From positions 1-27,755 of the IMG/VR virus record IMGVR_UViG_3300032233_000428: a stretch of DNA of 27,755 nucleotides. One strand, given 5' to 3'. Positions 7,358-16,405 of the stretch are shown piece by piece (the first letter of the stretch is position 1; the number at the start of each line of letters is the position of its first letter). The position numbers were made by a program, and so were the translations under genes. Below the pieces are notes generated by a model. The model saw only the letters and a list, made by a program, of their open reading frames with translations, did not search any database and had not been told where the DNA came from. The DNA comes from a virus. Lineage: Duplodnaviria > Caudoviricetes.

Positions 7358-9448
7358 TTATCCACTAAATTTAGCTGACTGATTAGTCAGATTAACTTCA
7401 AAGACGATCCATTCCGCAGTCTTGGTAGGCTTCAGAAGAATCTTGCACCAAAGTTCGTTACGATCAACTCTTACAGGGGTATTTACAGTGTCATCGCAAA
7501 TAACCTTGAAGTCCGTTATACCTCTTCTAGCTTGAATATCGCTTAGGACACCTTCAGCTTTATCCTTTACTAGATCCCAAGTGTAAGCATCGTTTGGCTC
7601 AAACAGATCAATACGACCAGTTTGCAACAATACCTTTCTTAAGTATATCATCAATCTTCTAACATTAATTCTATCCAATGAGGTCGCGGCTCTCTGAGCG
7701 GTCTTCTGTCCGAAGATCGTTATACCTTCAGGTATAAAGTTTACTATTGGATTTAAGTTAGTGACATAGAGGTTATCTCTATCTCCTTGATTTAATGATA
7801 CCTCAGTTGCAGTTGGCTTGGTTAATCTTCCACGACGGAAACCGGCAGGAGCGAACCAAGGTTCGGCAACATTGTCCGTGAATACCATTTGTCTTACAGC
7901 GAAGATAGCTGGATCATACCACATATCCTTATAGCTGAAGACATTGTATATCTGCACCCATGGCCAGAATACGGCAGCCCAGGAGCTATTTATCGCAGCC
8001 GTTCTACCATTGCTACCCTTACCATTCATCCAATCTGAGGCTTTCTGAACGGTTGAGAGACCCATTGGAGGTGATACGACGGCGACGAAGTTTTGAGTTT
8101 TTTCTGCCAGGGTAACAAGTTCATTTTGAACATTTTGAGAACTGATACCTGGAACTATAGCTATTGAAATATTTAATGAATCATCATCTAGAACTTTCAT
8201 TCCTGTTTTTGGAGATGCAGTTCCAATTAAATCAGCATCAACACCAGTTCCATCAGTTCCGCCTAATACAGAGACTGAAGCTGATTCAATAAATTTATTA
8301 AATCTTGGAGTTGCTGAAGTAGTTATACTTGCTCCATTAGGATCTACTATAGTTCCACTTGATATTAATGAAGTTACCTTATCATAGAAGTTAGTTATTG
8401 GAGTTGGGGTGAGAGAAGTGCTATTGACAGCGGCAATTTCACCCTTGATATAATCAGAGGTTGTATTAGTGCTTCCAATATTAATTATACTTTCTACAAA
8501 GTTTGTTGAATTAATTAATGAAACATTAAATGTCTCAGCAGTAACTCCATCATTATTAACTGAAATGTTTACGTTAGGTCCAGCTACAGTATCAACTTCT
8601 AAGCTTATGCCGCTGGTTTGTCCAGTAACTAGGTTGGTTCCTAAATTATATCCTGATCCTTTGTAAAGGGTAGTGGCAAGATAATTTAATGAAGTATTTG
8701 CCCAAGTGAATCCGCTTGCAGTTACGCTTGATGCAGCAGTGAGGACATCACCTGAAGCATTTAAAGCTTGTAATGCATTTATACCACTATAAGTTCCAAC
8801 TCCATATACACCTGAGAAAGAACTTACCGATAGTCTAGCATTAGTTCCGGCCCATGATCCAACTAAAATTCCATTGTTTCTTCCAACGGTTGCATCAGTT
8901 GAACTTGAATCCCAATAAACTGAAAGTGCATCTTTTGGATTAGATCCAACTCCAATTACTCTGCCTAAAGCAGATGCTTGTCCATAACTAGTAGGGACAT
9001 CTAAACTTGAGTAAATAACATAAGTAGTTGGATCTACTACTTGAACACCGTCTGAATCTTTAACTGAAACTACTAAAGAAATTGCACTGTAAGTAGCAGT
9101 TGACATACCGGCATTTAATCCGTTAACAACTACAGCGGGACAAGCTCCAATTTTTAATGTAGCAGAAGCGTTTAAAGCATCAGTTGGAACTGCTCTAACA
9201 TATCTTACTTGGTTAGTAGCTTCAAGAATTTCTAAAGCACCTTCCAACCCTTGCCCAGGAAGACTTTCCACAGGATTACCAAAAATTCTTATTAAATTTT
9301 CTTGACTGGTAACTAAGGTAGCTTCATTTTCAGGTCCTTTAGTAGCATATCCAACAATACCAACTATAGATGAATCTATATTTGGTGGATAAGCTGAATT
9401 ATCTTTTTCAACAAATACAACAGCGGGACTAGTAGGTATTGCAGCCAT
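7358..9448 (-). CDS. gp18: Tail sheath protein (T4 gp18-like)
   Basis: SPAVVFVEKD.S, KGP, FWPW, PWFAPAGFRRG, GITIFGQKT, LDRINVRRL, LFEPND, DFKVICD..N. Confidence 0.96.
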   Translation of the reverse strand: MAAIPTSPAVVFVEKDNSAYPPNIDSSIVGIVGYATKGPENEATLVTSQENLIRIFGNPVESLPGQGLEGALEILEATNQVRYVRAVPTDALNASATLKIGACPAVVVNGLNAGMSTATYSAISLVVSVKDSDGVQVVDPTTYVIYSSLDVPTSYGQASALGRVIGVGSNPKDALSVYWDSSSTDATVGRNNGILVGSWAGTNARLSVSSFSGVYGVGTYSGINALQALNASGDVLTAASSVTASGFTWANTSLNYLATTLYKGSGYNLGTNLVTGQTSGISLEVDTVAGPNVNISVNNDGVTAETFNVSLINSTNFVESIINIGSTNTTSDYIKGEIAAVNSTSLTPTPITNFYDKVTSLISSGTIVDPNGASITTSATPRFNKFIESASVSVLGGTDGTGVDADLIGTASPKTGMKVLDDDSLNISIAIVPGISSQNVQNELVTLAEKTQNFVAVVSPPMGLSTVQKASDWMNGKGSNGRTAAINSSWAAVFWPWVQIYNVFSYKDMWYDPAIFAVRQMVFTDNVAEPWFAPAGFRRGRLTKPTATEVSLNQGDRDNLYVTNLNPIVNFIPEGITIFGQKTAQRAATSLDRINVRRLMIYLRKVLLQTGRIDLFEPNDAYTWDLVKDKAEGVLSDIQARRGITDFKVICDDTVNTPVRVDRNELWCKILLKPTKTAEWIVFEVNLTNQSAKFSG

Positions 9449-9459
9449 TTAAATATCCT

Positions 9460-9693
9460 TTAGTTACTAATTACAATTAATCTTCTCTGATGAAGAGTTA
9501 TGGCTTGTTCACTGATTTGATGCTCAGGAACAGTTATTACTTGCTTAGGTTGCAACCAAATAAATTCAGGACCATCCTCAGTATTAATTAATACATGTAG
9601 TCCCTGCAAAGAATAATTTTTAATATTTTTCATATTAACCGGTATAGAGGTGGCTTCCAAAGCCTTTAAAGTTTTTAATGTAGCCATATACAA
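9460..9693 (-). CDS. Small hypothetical protein between tail terminator and sheath genes (start uncertain; may be MATL or MKNIKN)
   Basis: Fills the gap in the co-oriented operon, downstream of a TAAATA motif. Confidence 0.6.
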   Translation of the reverse strand: MYMATLKTLKALEATSIPVNMKNIKNYSLQGLHVLINTEDGPEFIWLQPKQVITVPEHQISEQAITLHQRRLIVISN

Positions 9694-9706
9694 AGTCTCT
9701 TAATAG

Positions 9707-9712
9707 TATTTA
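9707..9712 (-). promoter_or_regulatory. Putative late promoter TAAATA
   Basis: gggTAAATActa in the intergenic gap upstream of the sheath operon; matches the core of the T4 late consensus TATAAATA. Confidence 0.55.
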
Positions 9713-9758
9713 CCCTCAATCAAACCAATTTTAATTTAAATTTTTTAATTAAATTAAG

Positions 9759-10436
9759 TTATTCCTCAGTTACATCTATTTCATAATTAAATGTTTCTAT
9801 TCTTCCGGTTGAAGTATACAGGAATTTAGGATTAGGGATGTAAGTTTCAACTTTAATAGTTATTGATTTTTGTAATATTCTGTCATCCCCATCGTCAGCT
9901 TCTGGATTTTTAATGTCAGTTTCAGATCTTATAAATGCCTTGGTTATATCAGAATACTTAGTTTTAATTTCGTAATCTGGATTAAATAAGATAAATATGG
10001 ATTCCCTTATTTGATCCATGTCCTCTTTATATTTGGTCCATATATTAATATCATAAGATATATTAATAGCTCTGGGGGACATACTTAATATCCTAACTGC
10101 CCTTTGTTTATCCTTGTCCCAATAAGTTTCGTGAATTAAAATAGGTTTATATTTATTACGTTTTTCGTCATTTTCGCTAGATTTTTCTACTATGGTAATT
10201 ACTGGTAAAGTTATGTTATCGCCGGTTGTGCTTTTAGCTATAGCTCTTTCCTGATTACCATGGAAACATCTTATTTTAATTGGCTGGTTATTACGATCTA
10301 CGTAATAGATATTACCAAACAAACCGATCAAAGATCTTAATGTTTCTTTGTATACTTTTTGAGTATACATTCCAGTAGAGATATTAGTTTTTTCTAATAT
10401 CTCATTTAAAACTTTTGTATTGATTGGTATTGTCAT
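9759..10436 (-). CDS. gp15: Tail terminator / sheath stabiliser (T4 gp15-like)
   Basis: TLPVITI, P.AINISYDINIWTKYKEDMDQI.E.I...FNP; located after the neck genes. Confidence 0.75.
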   Translation of the reverse strand: MTIPINTKVLNEILEKTNISTGMYTQKVYKETLRSLIGLFGNIYYVDRNNQPIKIRCFHGNQERAIAKSTTGDNITLPVITIVEKSSENDEKRNKYKPILIHETYWDKDKQRAVRILSMSPRAINISYDINIWTKYKEDMDQIRESIFILFNPDYEIKTKYSDITKAFIRSETDIKNPEADDGDDRILQKSITIKVETYIPNPKFLYTSTGRIETFNYEIDVTEE

Positions 10437-10437
10437 A

Positions 10438-11178
10438 TTAATTTTGAGTTACATTAACTGGAAGTTGATCAATGTTACCGTCAATATCTTGTAGTTCAAA
10501 TGTCGCAGTAACTTCTTTACATACAGCAGGTTTACAAGCAAATGCATCACCTGTGGCTGATTGAACCATCATATCCACGTTAACAACCTCTTGGGTAGCT
10601 TCAATTGTTTCTGGCTTAGAATCAAACAAGTATTCTTTTTCTCTGATTTGATCTGAGGTTGGAACTATCTGGCGATGAATGTCATCAGAATCTCTTAGTA
10701 ACTTGGCTCCACAAACTAAATGGTATACACCATAAGTTTCAAAGCTATCTTCTTGAACTTCAAATACTTCATACTTTAAATTTTGAAACTCTGGTTTGAT
10801 TATGTCGCCTGCGATCAAAGGTCGTCCCAATCTTCTTTCAACATAATTTTTATTGAAAGTAAATTGTTGATTGTTTTTTAATTCAACACCAAACTGAGTT
10901 AAGTCTTCTTCTATTGGTCTAGGCTCGTAGTGTCCGTATACCCTTATAGGGTGTTGTGAAATTGATTTGCTTCGTTGTTCACCATATACGTCATCTATTT
11001 CTCTATTTTGAAAATACTTATAAACTAACAAAGGAGATCCACCTAATCTAATTTGTTCTTCATCAATGATGTTGAATAAATTTTGATCGTTAATTTTATT
11101 AAAAAGTTTAAACGGACTTTCGTATTCGTCCGCTGATGGAACACTTATATTAGATTTGTATTTTCCAAAATTAGACAT
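10438..11178 (-). CDS. gp14: Neck protein (T4 gp14-like)
   Basis: EEQIRLGG, DDVYGE, LTQFG, GRP..GDII.P...YEV.EV; located between gp13-like and gp15-like genes. Confidence 0.72.
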   Translation of the reverse strand: MSNFGKYKSNISVPSADEYESPFKLFNKINDQNLFNIIDEEQIRLGGSPLLVYKYFQNREIDDVYGEQRSKSISQHPIRVYGHYEPRPIEEDLTQFGVELKNNQQFTFNKNYVERRLGRPLIAGDIIKPEFQNLKYEVFEVQEDSFETYGVYHLVCGAKLLRDSDDIHRQIVPTSDQIREKEYLFDSKPETIEATQEVVNVDMMVQSATGDAFACKPAVCKEVTATFELQDIDGNIDQLPVNVTQN

Positions 11179-11179
11179 A

Positions 11180-12046
11180 TTAACCTAATGAGAAGAGTGG
11201 TCTTTCTTCAATCTCCGACATCAATTCCTCCATAAGCTCCTTTTTTTCCTGTGAAGCCTCTTGCACCAGGACGCCGCCATCCATTTGTGCGCCACCGCCA
11301 GGACCAGGAACCGATTTATACTTACCCCTGATTCTACCGAGGATTCCCTTAGAACAAGCTAAGGCGTATCTTTGAATCCAATTTAAATAAGCATGATGTA
11401 TAGTGGCGGAATCTAAAGCCCTATACTCTAATATTACAGGTGCGGGAGTTTCCTGTGGTTCTGGATATAATTGAATGTATTTATTATTTACTATATTCCA
11501 ACCACCTTCATTTGATAATACTTTTCGCATTATTTTTAAATACTGTTGAGTAAGGAAGAAGTCTCCTATTCCACCACCTTGAAAGAATCTATTAGTATTG
11601 AAAAATGCTAATGTCATATCAAATGCTAGAGAGCCTGGAGTATAATTTAAACCAAGTATATCTTTTTTGTACCCAACATAAACCAAGTTATTCATTATAA
11701 ATCTTGGAAGCTCATATAAATTTTGTCCTGCCGAAGCATCAAACACTGCAAATTGATTAGCCCATTGAGGGGCATGGTAATCTAATTTAGATATAGCCTC
11801 ATCTATACAAGTTTTAATTTGAAATGGAGTTAATTCAACTGATACGATTGGATGCCCCAACTGAGCTAGGATATAATCATTAACAGTTTGTTCAAATAAA
11901 TTAAATTGACTAGAATCTGTTTCTAGATTTCTGTTTAATTTATCAGAATTAATATCTCCACTAGGTGTATAAGTGGTTAATTTTAAACCACCATACTTAC
12001 CATAAGTTGATCCATAACTGGCTACAAAGGGTGTAATTGCTACCAT
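11180..12046 (-). CDS. gp13: Neck / head-completion protein (T4 gp13-like)
   Basis: YILAQLGHPIVSVELT..QI..CIDEA, WIQRYALA.SK.ILG.IRGKY...PGG...G. Confidence 0.88.
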   Translation of the reverse strand: MVAITPFVASYGSTYGKYGGLKLTTYTPSGDINSDKLNRNLETDSSQFNLFEQTVNDYILAQLGHPIVSVELTPFQIKTCIDEAISKLDYHAPQWANQFAVFDASAGQNLYELPRFIMNNLVYVGYKKDILGLNYTPGSLAFDMTLAFFNTNRFFQGGGIGDFFLTQQYLKIMRKVLSNEGGWNIVNNKYIQLYPEPQETPAPVILEYRALDSATIHHAYLNWIQRYALACSKGILGRIRGKYKSVPGPGGGAQMDGGVLVQEASQEKKELMEELMSEIEERPLFSLG

Positions 12047-12053
12047 ACAATTA

Positions 12054-12059
12054 TATTTA
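12054..12059 (-). promoter_or_regulatory. Putative late promoter TAAATA, 7 nt before ATG 12046
   Basis: ccccTAAATAtaattgtATG directly after the capsid-gene terminator. Confidence 0.6.
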
Positions 12060-12070
12060 GGGGTTCACAT

Positions 12071-12102
12071 AAAAGAAAAAGGCGGGCTTTTTACAGCCCG
12101 CC
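12071..12102 (-). terminator. Intrinsic terminator after the major capsid gene
   Basis: GGCGGGCT-gtaaaa-AGCCCGCC followed by TTTTTCTTTT on the minus strand. Confidence 0.9.
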
Positions 12103-12105
12103 CCT

Positions 12106-12130
12106 TAATTTAACTTAATAAGTTAAATTA
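12106..12130. repeat. 25-bp near-perfect palindrome starting at the capsid stop codon
   Basis: TAATTTAACTTA-A-TAAGTTAAATTA (12-bp arms, 1-nt centre). Confidence 0.75.
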
Positions 12131-13702
12131 TGATTCTCTAATCGTTAGGTTACCAGCAGCGTTACTGTAGATGTATGGTCTCAAGTAATCTGAACTAGCA
12201 CCAATTAAACGAATGACACGGTAGAATCTGCTGGAAGGCTGAATAGCAGCCTTAGCATATCGAGTCATGATACCCTTTCTTGGCTGGAACGTGCCAGGAT
12301 CAGTTACCATTGGCAATGGCATGAGTGGAATATATGGGCAGTATACGAATCCCGCATCCATGGGGCTTCCACCATTGTAGCCGAGGATAATCTCGTCTTC
12401 TGGGAATAGAGGATCTACAATTAGATCATATTTACCAGCAAACTTACCCTTATACTCAATCTTGCTACCCATGTTCGTTGGGCCATCCTTCTCTGGGAGA
12501 CCACCCTCTAGTTTAGCGGCTGACTCCAAGAGTGAAGCAATGAGTGGTGAGGTTATAATGACCGTACCAGGACCTCTCATCGTGGTCTTGTAAATATCCT
12601 GACTTGCTACATTTAGGACTGCAAGCAAGTTAGAATACATTTGACCTACGTGCTGTGGTGCAAAAGTGCTTCCACCAAACGCTTTAAGGTCAGCTACAAA
12701 AACGTTTCTAGCTACGCCGTTCGTAGTTGGCGTTATAGTGTTACCCCAATCAAAGTTTCCTGGGTTAACACTAGTAACAGAACCGAGAGTGCCTAGATTG
12801 GCCCCAGTAACTCCATAATAGTTTTGGAAGTTATTGCTATTAGCCAATGGATCTAATGATTGAGCATTCCAACCACCTAGTGAAGCATTAGTTCCACCTA
12901 GTCCGTAAGCAATCATACGAACGTCTTCAATCAACTCACGGTCGATTTCAAGTGAAAGTTCCTTGCTGAGTAGCTCGGTAAGTTCACGCTCTAGATCAAG
13001 ATTGTGGTAAGCCTTTAGATCCTGGGAAGCCTCAATCGTCCAAAGTGCTCTCATCTTACGAGTTTGAGCAACAACTGGCTGTTGTTCAATGTGGAATTGA
13101 ACTTCTGGGATACCCGTTCCATCAAGACGTTCACCGGCTGATACAACCCAACCCATGGTCGTGGTTGATGCAGGCCATGAAGCAATTTTACCACCATACG
13201 TGGTTGAGGGTGATCCTAGATTACCTCTCAATACCGTTGATAGATCAAATCCTGAAGTAGCAGAAACAATTGCTTGGGTTAGCGTGCTGCTAAGTCCTGA
13301 GGTGACATTCGTTCCATCAGCAGTACGATAAGTAAGATTAAACTTGCTATAAACCGTGTTACCTACAGAACCACTCCAACGGCTGTTACCTAGATAGAAA
13401 ATCTGTGAAACAGGAGCATCCATTGGTTGAGTAGCACCAATGTAGTTGAACACTAGATTGGGGTATACTCTACGAACTAGAGGGAAAGCAAACTTTTGGA
13501 AAGTTCCAATGTTACCAACAGTGGTTCCTCCGGTGCTTATTTGCTCTTCATTTATTCTCTGAGTCTCAGCTAAGACCGCCTTAGCTTGATTCTCAAGTAA
13601 CTGCGCAGTGACCCGAGCGGTATATTCACTTTTGATACCGTCAAGGGCTTTTGACCACTTCTGAACGAGTTCAGGTGATCCTCCAACTTTTGAAGCTTCC
13701 AT
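12128..13702 (-). CDS. gp23: Major capsid protein (T4 gp23-like)
   Basis: LLENQ, PLVRRVYP, TQPM, RKMRA.WT.E..QDLKAYH.LD.E.EL, EIDRE, YCPYIPL, DP.TFQPRKGIMTRY; SD AAGGAG upstream. Confidence 0.97.
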   Translation of the reverse strand: MEASKVGGSPELVQKWSKALDGIKSEYTARVTAQLLENQAKAVLAETQRINEEQISTGGTTVGNIGTFQKFAFPLVRRVYPNLVFNYIGATQPMDAPVSQIFYLGNSRWSGSVGNTVYSKFNLTYRTADGTNVTSGLSSTLTQAIVSATSGFDLSTVLRGNLGSPSTTYGGKIASWPASTTTMGWVVSAGERLDGTGIPEVQFHIEQQPVVAQTRKMRALWTIEASQDLKAYHNLDLERELTELLSKELSLEIDRELIEDVRMIAYGLGGTNASLGGWNAQSLDPLANSNNFQNYYGVTGANLGTLGSVTSVNPGNFDWGNTITPTTNGVARNVFVADLKAFGGSTFAPQHVGQMYSNLLAVLNVASQDIYKTTMRGPGTVIITSPLIASLLESAAKLEGGLPEKDGPTNMGSKIEYKGKFAGKYDLIVDPLFPEDEIILGYNGGSPMDAGFVYCPYIPLMPLPMVTDPGTFQPRKGIMTRYAKAAIQPSSRFYRVIRLIGASSDYLRPYIYSNAAGNLTIRES

Positions 13703-13720
13703 AATATATTTCTCCTTAAA

Positions 13721-14359
13721 TTATGACATCAATTTCATGACCTCATCGGTCAAATAGCGATTACCAGTCGTCTCAGGCTTAACGCTATCCTTGCGTTCTT
13801 CTAATTTCTTCCCTTGACGTTGGAAATTTTCCTTAGAAACAACTTCAGCAGTATCGGAAAGCTTCATCGACGAGATGGCTTTTGATTCTGCTAAATTTCT
13901 CTTAGCTTGCTTAACGGACTCCTCAAGCATCTGATTGCGGTCAGATACTACTTTGAGTAAGTTCTTAAGCTCGATATTCTCTCGGAGTGACTTGTCTAAC
14001 TCCCCAGCAAGAACATCAACTTTATTAGTTAAATTGTTTTGCTCAATTGCCATAGCATTCAGGGTGTTAGCCTCATCATCTGGGGTTATCTCAGTTAGGA
14101 ACAAAGACTTTACTGACTCATATAATTGAGAGTTTCTATAGACTTCATTCTCTAATTCAAGTTCCTTAATAGCTTGTTCTTTAAGACTATCAATCTGGCC
14201 TCTTAGATAGGCTTTAACCTTAATCGTTAAATCCTCCGTCTTAGCATTAACCTCTTCCTGGATTTTGGTATGAACTAAGACAGCAATCTTTTCGATTACT
14301 TCCTCAGTTAAACCCTCAGGTAGGAGGTTCGCTATTTGTTCCAATGAATTTTTGCTCAT
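13721..14359 (-). CDS. gp22: Prohead core scaffold protein (T4 gp22-like)
   Basis: Coiled-coil, Glu-rich protein between the protease and capsid genes. Confidence 0.7.
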   Translation of the reverse strand: MSKNSLEQIANLLPEGLTEEVIEKIAVLVHTKIQEEVNAKTEDLTIKVKAYLRGQIDSLKEQAIKELELENEVYRNSQLYESVKSLFLTEITPDDEANTLNAMAIEQNNLTNKVDVLAGELDKSLRENIELKNLLKVVSDRNQMLEESVKQAKRNLAESKAISSMKLSDTAEVVSKENFQRQGKKLEERKDSVKPETTGNRYLTDEVMKLMS

Positions 14360-14364
14360 ATAAC

Positions 14365-14370
14365 TATCTA
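14365..14370 (-). promoter_or_regulatory. Putative late promoter variant TAGATA, 5 nt before ATG 14359
   Basis: gggaTAGATAgttatATG in the intergenic gap. Confidence 0.45.
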
Positions 14371-14413
14371 TCCCTTTAATTAAAAATTTAACAAAAATTT
14401 ATTATTTTTGTTT

Positions 14414-15037
14414 TTAATTTATTCTATTTAACTTTTCATCAATCTTCTTCTCAAGAAGCTTGAGGAACAATCTTTCACCAACTACATTACGAATAGTTGA
14501 TTCAATAATCTTCTTATCCTTAGTATACTGCTTAGATTCAGTTAAAGCTGGGTATGCGCCTCGGGTTGAAGGATCAGCTACAATATCGAAGGTAAGAAGT
14601 TTAAAGTCCTCATTAACAGTTTTAGCCCCAGTTCTACTTTCACTTAGGGTTCCCATTCCACGGCTAGAAATGCCGATCTTTACTCCCCCTTGAATCAGAC
14701 CCTCAACAACCTTTCCGGCTGGCGTAGGGAGGATTTCAGCCTCTCCAATGACCTCTTTACCCTCCATCCAAAGTCCCGTTATGAGGTGGGAAGCATTAGA
14801 TAGCTTAACCATATCGTAGGTTGGGTGGTCTAACTCACCTACAAGACGACGCTCTTTAATAGCTTCATTTAAAGACTTGATAGCTCCTTCAAGAACCCTC
14901 TGAGGATAAATTCTGTTATTGTTATTCGCCTCATCCGCTCTTTGGAATGTGCCTCTAACCTTTATTGGTCCCTTACGATTATTTTCGTTTAAGACACGCA
15001 TGTTTTGTATAATAAATACGTCTTGAAGTTGTTGCAT
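14414..15037 (-). CDS. gp21: Prohead protease (T4 gp21-like)
   Basis: FQRAD..N.N.RIYP, GELDHP, SHLIT, ILPTP.G, GISSRGMG, DF.L.TFD.VADPST.GA. Confidence 0.96.
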   Translation of the reverse strand: MQQLQDVFIIQNMRVLNENNRKGPIKVRGTFQRADEANNNNRIYPQRVLEGAIKSLNEAIKERRLVGELDHPTYDMVKLSNASHLITGLWMEGKEVIGEAEILPTPAGKVVEGLIQGGVKIGISSRGMGTLSESRTGAKTVNEDFKLLTFDIVADPSTRGAYPALTESKQYTKDKKIIESTIRNVVGERLFLKLLEKKIDEKLNRIN

Positions 15038-15038
15038 G

Positions 15039-15473
15039 TTATTTCTTACCTTTAGCCTTAGCTCTTTCTCTGTCTAGTTGTGAGTTCTTTCTAGAACTAG
15101 CTCCAGCATGTCTCCGCATTGTGTCTACAGAGTATTTCTTAATTCTTTTAAATGATGCTGGTATACTGCCAGGAGTGAATCCCTTTGCAGTTCTTCCGGC
15201 TACATTTTGTTGTCCACTATTACCCCACTTATGTTTGGTGACTACATATAGTCTATCTGAATTTTTAGTGGAAAACATCTGACCCATGTATCCATGATGA
15301 AGTGCATCATCTATGGAATTATAAACTCTTACTCTAGTTTTAGTTGGATTTGAGTGAGTCTTAGAGGAATAATTTTGAATAGCCTGCCTACCCTCTTTAG
15401 AACCCTTCCCCCGCTCTGTCTTACTCTCTAATATATCATTAGATTCTTTTAGTAATTTAACGAGATCTTCCAT
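15039..15473 (-). CDS. Basic hypothetical protein, probable internal head/core protein
   Basis: K/R-rich; N-terminal LLKES/ILES protease-type sites; directly upstream of the protease gene. Confidence 0.55.
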   Translation of the reverse strand: MEDLVKLLKESNDILESKTERGKGSKEGRQAIQNYSSKTHSNPTKTRVRVYNSIDDALHHGYMGQMFSTKNSDRLYVVTKHKWGNSGQQNVAGRTAKGFTPGSIPASFKRIKKYSVDTMRRHAGASSRKNSQLDRERAKAKGKK

Positions 15474-15882
15474 TTAATGCTCTTTTTAATTGAGTTTGTA
15501 AATCACTTGAACCCGTTATCTTCCTAACTTTTGAAGTTCTACCGACAGATAGATTACCAACTTCGGTCATTTCCTTAATTAAAACTTTAGCTTCCCTAAG
15601 AAGTTTAGAAAGTTCTAATACTAGGTTCTGCATTCTATCTTCTTTATGCTCATTAACCTTAGCTACTTTCTTAGGCTTATGTGAAACCTTCTTACCTTCA
15701 GTTACTAATGATACATAATCATCTGGGACGGCAATATGGCTAATGTCAGGAGCATTCGCCGATTGGGTAGTAGCCTCTTTTAAAGTTGGTCTAAGGGACT
15801 GGGAAGGGTTTTTTGCCATGGAGTTTAATATATCCATGGCAAAGTCACCTACTGAAATATTTGGAAGTTGTTTATCACTCAT
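15457..15882 (-). CDS. Hypothetical prohead-core region protein
   Basis: Multiple (L/V/I)xE sites (LKE, VTE, VNE, IKE); co-oriented in the head operon. Confidence 0.55.
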   Translation of the reverse strand: MSDKQLPNISVGDFAMDILNSMAKNPSQSLRPTLKEATTQSANAPDISHIAVPDDYVSLVTEGKKVSHKPKKVAKVNEHKEDRMQNLVLELSKLLREAKVLIKEMTEVGNLSVGRTSKVRKITGSSDLQTQLKRALNGRSR

Positions 15883-15911
15883 ACAGTTAAACTAACTGTA
15901 AATTAACTATC

Positions 15912-16346
15912 TCAGCCCTTCTTAGCCTTCATAGAAACCTTAGGGTAACCTTTCCCAGCACCCTTCATTTTTCCCTTTGGCCCATCGCACATTTCATCCA
16001 AGTCCTCACCGTCATTCTCATCCTCTTCATCTGATTCGATATCCTCGGCAAGGGTATCAAGGTCCTCGTCGGTGACATCGTTCATCTCGCTAATGATTTC
16101 AACCATTAGATTGACATGCTCCATTAGCTGTTCATCTGAAATATCTTCCTCTAGCTTGGATTCGCAAAGTGGGCAAACATGGGCAGACTCCTCTAGTTGT
16201 TCGGAATCATCCTGAGTGACCTCTTCCTGGGTCTGTGGCTCCTGGGTTACTTCCTCAGTATTCTCAGTGAGTCTAACCCCACCCTTACCCCAGAATGCTT
16301 GATTGATTAGTTGATCAACCTCTTCTTTTAAAATCTCTCTTTTCAT
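15912..16346 (-). CDS. Acidic hypothetical protein with a single CPLC motif; probable prohead core component
   Basis: Very D/E-rich, HVCPLCES, basic C-terminal tail; SD GAGGT upstream. Confidence 0.6.
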   Translation of the reverse strand: MKREILKEEVDQLINQAFWGKGGVRLTENTEEVTQEPQTQEEVTQDDSEQLEESAHVCPLCESKLEEDISDEQLMEHVNLMVEIISEMNDVTDEDLDTLAEDIESDEEDENDGEDLDEMCDGPKGKMKGAGKGYPKVSMKAKKG

Positions 16347-16386
16347 AATTTATAAACCTCGATAAATGTAATTAATTACCTACTAG

Positions 16387-16392
16387 TATCTA
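16387..16392 (-). promoter_or_regulatory. Putative late promoter variant TAGATA upstream of the head-core operon
   Basis: cccaTAGATActa in a 100-bp intergenic gap; same downstream CTA as the 9707 site. Confidence 0.45.
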
Positions 16393-16405
16393 TGGGAGAA
16401 CTTAA

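Noticed and set aside
8469-14693. Short plus-strand ORFs at 8469, 13045, 13935 and 14460
   Set aside because: Antisense shadows of the sheath, capsid, scaffold and protease genes.
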